Notes under the pieces: generated by a model
The model's database searches: none
The model's input: the letters and a program-made list of their open reading frames with translations, nothing else
Told to the model about the DNA's origin: nothing
Program-made: the position numbers and the translations under genes
DNA from: Bacteroidales bacterium
Lineage (GTDB): Bacteria; Bacteroidota; Bacteroidia; Bacteroidales; JAADJA01
Direction: 5' to 3'
Assembly (NCBI GenBank): GCA_030596605.1
Contig: JAUVJI010000004.1
Span: forward strand, 464-64,463
Length of the DNA stretch: 64,000 bases
Shown here: positions 58,217 to 64,000 of the stretch, piece after piece
Numbering within the stretch: the first letter of the stretch is position 1
Layout of the letters: each line of letters starts with the position of its first letter

Positions 58217-59533
58217 TCATCCTTCTGTCAATAAAAATTTCTTTGTGAATGAATCCATCTTCGTTTTATAATGCTCTATTTCTTTAAGAGTCTTTTCAAG
58301 TTCAGTTAGTAATCCTTTTTTTGCAAGTTCAATTAGTTTTTCTTGTAATAATCTATAGTTAGTAAATGTTTCAATAAGTTCTTTATGAATTTCCCTTTTC
58401 TGAATAGGGACTACAATCGTATTTAATTCTTCTTCAATTTTTTTTATTCCAGCAATTAAGTGTAATATACTGACTGTTGATTTAATAAGTTTTTTCTGAT
58501 AATCTGTTTCTTCATCAAGTTCGTTAGCTACAAATAATGGTTTGTAGCCACTATTCATTATTTTCTTAATCTTTATTTTCCAATTGTCAATTAAAAACTC
58601 AGGAATTATTTCAGGGTATTGGGTTGAGATTTTCAATATCAAAACTTCATAAAGTTTTTTTAATTGTTCAATATGCTGCTCGGTAATTTCTCTATTATGT
58701 GCTTCTTCTCTTCGAATTATATTCAAATCTCCAATACTGTTTTCAAATTCAATTTTTGATTCAAATAAATGCTTAAAGTCCTTCCAGTTAGTGCAGATTA
58801 TTTTCTTTATTTGAATGAGGTAAGTATATTTTATTAAAATTGAACCATCATCAATTTCTTCATCGAATTGGTTTTTATAATCGAATTTGACTGACTTGCT
58901 TAATTTGGCACCAACTGAAATATTCCACCAATCATCCTTATGTTTTGAAGAAAGAATATCGACAATTATATAGCGTAACGAATTTTCTATTTCTGATATT
59001 TGCTTTTTTGCAATTCCTAATCTATAATCAGCAGTATTTTCCTGAAATAAAGTTGATTTTAACCAGTCAATAGAATTTCCATTTGAGATTAAACCAGCTG
59101 TTTCAACAGAAGAAATTGCATATAATATTTCTTTTTCTTGTTCATCATATGCTCGAACTGCAAAATAATCAGGTTTAATAGTGTCCGAGAAAGAATCATC
59201 TTTAAAGAATCCATATAAAAATCCCATAATTGTTCCAATCTCTAATTTAATATCAATTGAATTAGATTTATGAGGAAATATCTTGCATTCAATAGAATCT
59301 TTATTGAGAATGTTGATTTCTTTAACTTGGACTTTTCTTGTGTCATCCGTTAAAATGTCTAAATTTTGTAATCCAAATTTTAAGATGTCTAGAATTGATG
59401 AAATTGTTATTGGTAGTTTATCTACATTTCCTGATTTAGATTTGTCTTTTTTAAGACAACAATTCTTGTATTTTAATCCGCTTCCACAATAACAAGATTC
59501 GTTTCGCCCAATTCTATTTTTATTTAGTTTCAT
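58217..59533 (-). CDS. SEC-C-motif protein with a Swt1-like HEPN ribonuclease domain
   Basis: N-terminal CYCGSGLKYKNCC (SEC-C metal-binding motif, residues 14-26). Residues of about 180-300 fit the Swt1-type HEPN pattern: LRYIIVDIL...DDWWN......YLIQIKKII..NWKDF.HLF......IGDLNIIR(274)REEAH(279)N. The RX4H motif is encoded at 58697-58714. Confidence 0.62.
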   Translation of the reverse strand: MKLNKNRIGRNESCYCGSGLKYKNCCLKKDKSKSGNVDKLPITISSILDILKFGLQNLDILTDDTRKVQVKEINILNKDSIECKIFPHKSNSIDIKLEIGTIMGFLYGFFKDDSFSDTIKPDYFAVRAYDEQEKEILYAISSVETAGLISNGNSIDWLKSTLFQENTADYRLGIAKKQISEIENSLRYIIVDILSSKHKDDWWNISVGAKLSKSVKFDYKNQFDEEIDDGSILIKYTYLIQIKKIICTNWKDFKHLFESKIEFENSIGDLNIIRREEAHNREITEQHIEQLKKLYEVLILKISTQYPEIIPEFLIDNWKIKIKKIMNSGYKPLFVANELDEETDYQKKLIKSTVSILHLIAGIKKIEEELNTIVVPIQKREIHKELIETFTNYRLLQEKLIELAKKGLLTELEKTLKEIEHYKTKMDSFTKKFLLTEG

Positions 59534-59572
59534 TTAGTCAAATTATATCCAACCTTTGTTCGGTAAAGTTTT

Positions 59573-59956
59573 TCAATTGATTCTTGAAATAATTTCACTA
59601 AGAACAACGGGATGAAACTCTTCATATACTGTATTAGATCTTACATTATTCTTTTCTAATGGTCTTCCGATTACAAATTTTTCAGTTGAAAGCCACTTAA
59701 CGTTCCTCCCTGTTGAAACTAATCCGTTGTTTCTTAATATAATATTGTCACAAATAATTCCAATTGCTTTAACTGTTATATCTTTTCCACCAAAAGCTGC
59801 TTTAATATAAACGATATCTCCAACTTTCAATGATTGAAAATATTCTTGTAACTCTGGGGCATCTGTAGAATCCCAACCTACTCCAACCAAATTTTGACTA
59901 ATAAAGTCAGCACTAACATCTCTGTCATAAAAAGCACCTACACCATAAATTGCCAT
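59573..59956 (-). CDS. Small (127 aa) beta-rich protein of unknown function, possibly a PUA/EVE-like small barrel
   Basis: It is an intact ORF packed tightly in the operon. The pattern IYGVGAFY....V...FI..N.VGVGW....... LKVGDIVYIKA.....ITVKAIGII resembles N-terminal sensor modules of restriction-type ATPases. This is a resemblance only, not a motif match. Confidence 0.4.
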   Translation of the reverse strand: MAIYGVGAFYDRDVSADFISQNLVGVGWDSTDAPELQEYFQSLKVGDIVYIKAAFGGKDITVKAIGIICDNIILRNNGLVSTGRNVKWLSTEKFVIGRPLEKNNVRSNTVYEEFHPVVLSEIISRIN

Positions 59957-59961
59957 ATTTT

Positions 59962-60354
59962 CTATTTTTTTAATTTTTTAATGTGTTGTTTTAAAAGTTC
60001 AATTGCTTGATTGTTTTGCTTCTTTTCAATATTCAAGTCCTCAATATTACCCCTGGTACTGCGAATTTCCTTTTCTTTTGATTTAATTTTCCTGTCAAAT
60101 GAATTAGATTCCCTTTCTTTTTGTTTTCGTTTATTTTCTTTTGCCAATTTCGTTTTGGCTTTTTTTGCATCAGATTGAATAGATTTCATTCTTTCGGATT
60201 TTTTATCTTTTAAATCTACCCTTTCATCCTTCTGCTTATTCTGTTTTTTCTGTAATATAGGTTTTTTGACATCAATTACTTTATTTCTTTGTGTTATTTC
60301 GTTGATTGCATCTTCAGCTTCTGCTATTGTCAAGTCATTAATATTTTTTCTCAT
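59962..60354 (-). CDS. Lys-rich (strongly basic) coiled-coil protein, 130 aa, unknown function
   Basis: Intact ORF ending 5 nt upstream of the next gene. K/E/R dominate the composition (KKQNKQKDERVDLKDKKSERMKS...KENKRKQKERES...). Confidence 0.45.
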   Translation of the reverse strand: MRKNINDLTIAEAEDAINEITQRNKVIDVKKPILQKKQNKQKDERVDLKDKKSERMKSIQSDAKKAKTKLAKENKRKQKERESNSFDRKIKSKEKEIRSTRGNIEDLNIEKKQNNQAIELLKQHIKKLKK

Positions 60355-60810
60355 TGTATATATTTTATTTGTCAGTTAACATCAAGATAATGTTTACCTG
60401 AATTTAATTTTCAAATTACACCCAACTCGTTACTAATAGCACCCCAATGTCTCTTATTTCCACTATACCCCCATTTATCTGTTTTAAACACAAACTCACT
60501 AACTTATTATTAGCCAATTTCAAACTCGTGTTTACCTGCTTACAAACGACAAACAAACGTTTATTACCGGGTAAATTGGGTTTGTTGTACCATATCTCTA
60601 TTGAGTTTTGTATTAAACCGATAAAGATAAAAAAAATTGGTACTGCTGTTCTTTTATGGGTAAAGTTTTTTGGAATCGGAGATGATTGGGTTCGGGATTA
60701 CAAATCCCGAACAGCATCACAAATCGAACAGCATGGGTGTATAACGTCCTTGAAGTTACAAACTGGAGGTGCCATTCAATCACCATGTGTAAGTCAAGGG
60801 TTATAGGAGC

Positions 60811-60850
60811 TAATAACAAAAACTCACAGGATTAGTAACCCTGTGAGTTT
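60811..60850 (-). terminator. Rho-independent terminator of the decayed T9SS cargo gene
   Basis: An 11-bp stem (60820-60830 with 60840-60850) and a 9-nt loop. On the minus strand TTTGTTATTA follows. It lies 25 nt downstream of the remnant's stop. Confidence 0.5.
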
Positions 60851-60874
60851 AGAAAAATTTACCCTGTATTTTGT

Positions 60875-61256
60875 TTACAATACAACCACTTTTTTAGCAA
60901 CTGCACCTGATCCTCCAACAATAATACGGACATAGTAGATGCCTGCCGGCAACTCAGCCACATTCCATGAAGTCGTAAATTGCCCTTCAGGTAATTGGCG
61001 GTCTAAAATAGTTTATACTCTTTTCCCTGTAAAATCAATAGCTTCTATTGTTGTTATTGGGGTCGAAATTAGGACTTCCAATTGAGTCTGGTGAATTTGT
61101 CCCATCGGGAACAACTTCTTCTTCATCCGAATCATGAAATGTGCCGAGCATATCCTGTGCCCAAAGGTATTGTTTCATCAGTGTTTGACCCATTGCTCCG
61201 GGACTAAAGGTTTTGTCCATTAAATCACGATCCCACCGAAGGGATGAAAAGTCCAT
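60875..61256 (-). pseudogene. Decayed T9SS cargo gene; only the C-terminal sorting domain is recognisable
   Basis: The minus-strand frame reads ...QLEVLISTPITTIEAIDFTGKRV*TILDRQLPEGQFTTSWNVAELPAGIYYVRIIVGGSGAVAKKVVVL*. There is an in-frame TAA at 61013-61015. The upstream 73-aa ORF (61035..61256) is in a different frame, and no gene body is present. Confidence 0.6.
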
Positions 61257-61361
61257 TTGGAAATCAGGAGCAGTGGTTTGAATGTTATATCACAGGTATC
61301 AGCAATCTGACACCCCTTATCATAAAGTAAGGTAAACAGTGTTGCAGGGCAAATAAATATA

Positions 61362-63746
61362 TTATTGGAGAAAATTCCCAATTTTCAAACCAAAATAAAT
61401 GGTACGCGGGTTCATCGGGCCATAAACATAACCGGGGTCACGGTCAATTCCACTATCAAAATCACTCTGATATGAATTGAACAGGTTTTTCACTCCCGTA
61501 TAGAGTTGTAAAGTAGCTCCGTTTAATTTGATATTATATCGTACTTTTAAACCTAAATCAAAAAAACTTTCTGTTGTTCTTAATTCTCCATCATCAGGAT
61601 TTGGTATTTGCAAACCAAAATAAGGGACAAGCATTTTACCGGTATAATTACCCGTTGAAGAGATTCCCCATTTCTTTGATGGTTGCCAATCTAACATCAG
61701 GTAACCGTAATCTTCAGGAGTACGGAAGAATCTTTTTTCATTAAACTCCTGTGGTTCTTCATACTTACTATTTTGAACAGTAAAGCCCGCTTTTAATGAA
61801 AATTTATCTGTCGGTACCACATTCAATTCAATATTAACCCCTTGTACTTTTGCTCCTTTTTCTGCATTTACCCTTGTATAAACAACTGTTCCGCTTGCAT
61901 CAGGTTCGTTGTACTCATTTGCAAAAGGATCGTTCAGTTGCGTATAAAACCCTTCAATTAGAAAGCCAACATATATTTTTCCTAATTGTTTATTAAAGTC
62001 AAGCGACGCCATATAACTATGACTTGTTTCTTTTTTTAAACCTGGATCGTTCTCGTGTATTACCTTTCTGGAACCTGATGTTTCAATGTGTAAGTCTTCA
62101 TCAAATATTTGCGGAGCACGGTATCCTTGTGAATAACTCACCCTGGCTTGTAAATACTCTTTTATGTTATATTTAAAAGTAAGCCGTGGGCTCAACACAT
62201 TACCTGATTTATCAGAATCAGCATGTTCTTTATCTGATACATTATAGTGATCGAATCGTGCACCGGCAGAAACTTTAAGCTTATTCCAGTTGATTTCATA
62301 TTGTGCAAAAATGCCGGTAGTATTCGTAGCCTGGTCAGCAACCATAACATTATTCGTATGTGGAATATTAATAATAGAATCATTAATAATTACAGCGTTA
62401 TCAATATCAGGATACCCCAGCTTTTTATCTTTTAACCAGGCGCCTTCATTTTCGATACCTACAACCAAATTTGAAGTTCCGAATTTTGCATTGTATTGAG
62501 TACCTATTGTGTAAGAAAAATCTTTGGTGTTTCCATAATCGCTTAACGACTTATTTGCCCCGTAATACGAATCCCTGTTTATTTTTTGCCCTGAAGCATA
62601 AATTGAAAACAAATCATTTTCCCTGAAAAATTGTTCATAGGTTAATGCACCTGTAGTCAGGTTATGGTTTACTGCTTCGGCGATGTTTGCTTCATGAACC
62701 GGATAATCAAATTTATCTCCGCCCCGCCTGTCTTCATTAATATTAAAGAAATCTGCAGTAAGCTTACTTCTTGTTCCGAAACGATGATATAATCGTGTTC
62801 CTACTGTAATATTTTTCAAAGAAGCAATTTCCGAAAAACCATCATCATTTGCATCAAATGGTTCTCTGTCGCGATAGAAACCATAAAGTGACATGCCAGT
62901 CTTATTATCGGCAGATACCAAAGAGGTATTAAAGTTTACCGAATAATCTTGTGCAGGGTTGCCGGAATCATCCATTCCAACACCCGTAAGCGCACCATTT
63001 ACCCCAAACTCATAGGAGTTATTGATAGGGTCTTTAAGGATAAGATTTATTGTACCTGCAATGGCATTGCTTCCGTATAATGCAGAACCACCCCCGCGAA
63101 TTATTTCAACACGTTCAATCATGCTTGAAGGGATTAACTCCAAACCATAAACCCCGGCCAATCCGCTAAAAATCGGACGGCTGTTTATTAAAATCTGGGA
63201 ATAAGGGCCTTCCATTCCATTCATCCTGACTTGAGAAAAGCCACAATTCTGGCAGTTATTTTCCATTCTTAAGCCCGGACAAAAATTCAAACCTTCGCTT
63301 AAAGTTACCGATTGTGTTGTATTGAATATTTTAGATGTTATGGTATTTACAATTGTTGAAGATTCTTTCCTGTTAGTTTCATTTCTATCCCCGGTTACGA
63401 CAACTTCTTCAAGCCCCAGTATATCCGGCTCTAACTCAAATTTTATTTCTTTGGTTTCTCCTGCATTAATGGTGATTTCTTCTTCTTTGGGTTTATAACC
63501 CATTGATTGTGCTTTAATTGTAAGCTTTCCGGCAGGTAAATTTATTAATAGGTAATGACCGGTTTCATCTGTTGTTGTTCCGATTGTTGTCCCTTTAACG
63601 CTTACCGTTGCAAAAGGAATATGATCTCCACAGTGAGAGCAAACCACATGTCCGACAATATTGGCATCGGTTTTCGCTTTTTGGGCAAAATTAAACTGTG
63701 AAAATGACAATAAAAGTATTGTCAGAATTATATATTGTCTGTTCAT
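61362..63746 (-). CDS. TonB-dependent outer-membrane receptor with an N-terminal carboxypeptidase-regulatory-like domain
   Basis: Signal peptide, CarbopepD_reg-like domain (VKGTTIGTTTDETGHYLLINLPAGKLTIKAQSMGYKP), plug domain (IERVEIIRGGGSALYGSNAIAGTINLI), and a 22-strand-type barrel. 794 aa. Confidence 0.9.
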   Translation of the reverse strand: MNRQYIILTILLLSFSQFNFAQKAKTDANIVGHVVCSHCGDHIPFATVSVKGTTIGTTTDETGHYLLINLPAGKLTIKAQSMGYKPKEEEITINAGETKEIKFELEPDILGLEEVVVTGDRNETNRKESSTIVNTITSKIFNTTQSVTLSEGLNFCPGLRMENNCQNCGFSQVRMNGMEGPYSQILINSRPIFSGLAGVYGLELIPSSMIERVEIIRGGGSALYGSNAIAGTINLILKDPINNSYEFGVNGALTGVGMDDSGNPAQDYSVNFNTSLVSADNKTGMSLYGFYRDREPFDANDDGFSEIASLKNITVGTRLYHRFGTRSKLTADFFNINEDRRGGDKFDYPVHEANIAEAVNHNLTTGALTYEQFFRENDLFSIYASGQKINRDSYYGANKSLSDYGNTKDFSYTIGTQYNAKFGTSNLVVGIENEGAWLKDKKLGYPDIDNAVIINDSIINIPHTNNVMVADQATNTTGIFAQYEINWNKLKVSAGARFDHYNVSDKEHADSDKSGNVLSPRLTFKYNIKEYLQARVSYSQGYRAPQIFDEDLHIETSGSRKVIHENDPGLKKETSHSYMASLDFNKQLGKIYVGFLIEGFYTQLNDPFANEYNEPDASGTVVYTRVNAEKGAKVQGVNIELNVVPTDKFSLKAGFTVQNSKYEEPQEFNEKRFFRTPEDYGYLMLDWQPSKKWGISSTGNYTGKMLVPYFGLQIPNPDDGELRTTESFFDLGLKVRYNIKLNGATLQLYTGVKNLFNSYQSDFDSGIDRDPGYVYGPMNPRTIYFGLKIGNFLQ

Positions 63747-64000
63747 AATATCATTTTTGATAAATTATTAAATTACTTTTTCGGCATTTTGGCATTTCTG
63801 CTATTTACCATTGCCGATTGACAGAGCGAGCAATTTCTGTCTTAAAAAATGTTATGATAATGTGATATTATGAAAGTGGAGGAGCCCTGCCTTTATGAAG
63901 AATGATGCAGGCCAGCGTGTAACTTGTTATCCTGTAAAATGAGTATTTAGTCTTTTTAAAAATGTTTAGTAAGGCAAAAGTCAAAAATACAAACAGAGAA

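Noticed and set aside
58071-58271. A 66-aa plus-strand ORF (MPNVWRYAAYRF...) and the 119-aa plus-strand ORF at 60447..60806.
   Set aside because: Both lie in non-coding spacers. The first is generated by the GC-rich inverted-repeat arms and overlaps the HEPN gene end. Both have low-complexity or unusual composition and no recognisable motifs.
60355-60420. Promoter for the first cassette gene. The minus-strand sequence GTGTAATTTGAA (reverse complement of 60409-60420) resembles the -7 box.
   Set aside because: It reads TA-A-TTTG, one nucleotide short of TAnnTTTG. I found no exact motif in the 130 nt upstream of the ATG at 60354, so I made no promoter call.
63747-64000. Possible riboswitch (cobalamin, TPP or similar) in the leader of the TonB-dependent receptor. 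The minus-strand leader has short hairpins (GCCTGC...GCAGGGC, GACAGA...TCTGTC).
   Set aside because: I could not find a B12 box, a TPP CUGAGA/ACCUGA core or any other riboswitch consensus. The window also ends inside the leader. An Infernal/Rfam scan would settle it.
1-64000. Scanned by eye for CRISPR arrays, rRNA genes, IS/transposase genes and phage structural genes.
   Set aside because: I saw no regularly spaced direct repeats, no rRNA-like conserved blocks, no transposase or integrase other than xerD, and no phage-like gene runs.

Overview
This is a chromosomal segment of a low-GC Bacteroidota genome. Supporting signs are the T9SS translocon gene sprA, several cargo genes with T9SS C-terminal sorting domains, the DUF4295-rpmG pair and TAnnTTTG-type -7 promoter motifs. 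About 50 credible CDS are mostly housekeeping or envelope genes: efp (5' partial), lpxD, dnaA, ygeY/ygeW, maeB, ruvA, sprA, gcvH, tonB, rimO, ftsY, rpmG, xerD, hsp20, mlaD, an amidase, an lptD-like gene, ridA and a TonB-dependent receptor. There is one tRNA-Ser(UGA). I found no rRNA, CRISPR array, transposase or prophage. The stand-out is a visibly AT-richer insert of about 5.6 kb (roughly 55.2-60.8 kb, minus strand) carrying four genes that match no named system I know. They encode a Lys-rich coiled-coil protein, a small beta-rich protein, a SEC-C plus Swt1-like HEPN (RX4H) protein, and a 784-aa wHTH / PIN-like / coiled-coil / 2-TM protein. A GC-rich structured inverted repeat lies between the HEPN and PIN genes. 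A 14/15 inverted 15-mer brackets the insert, and a decayed T9SS cargo gene abuts it. I read this as a candidate undescribed defence or abortive-infection module. Secondary observations are listed below.
- A CotH/LTD, HlyD-like, VTC and DUF4956 gene cluster.
- Decayed DUF234-ATPase and MazF remnants beside xerD.
- A DUF4160/DUF2442 gene pair.
- Tandem T9SS cargo paralogues.
- An orphan ygeY-ygeW pair.
- A structured leader upstream of rpmG.
- Repeats and a palindrome upstream of hsp20.
- An orphan minus-strand terminator in a 510-bp ORF-free gap.
All protein-family calls come from motif recognition by eye and memory. No database search was run.
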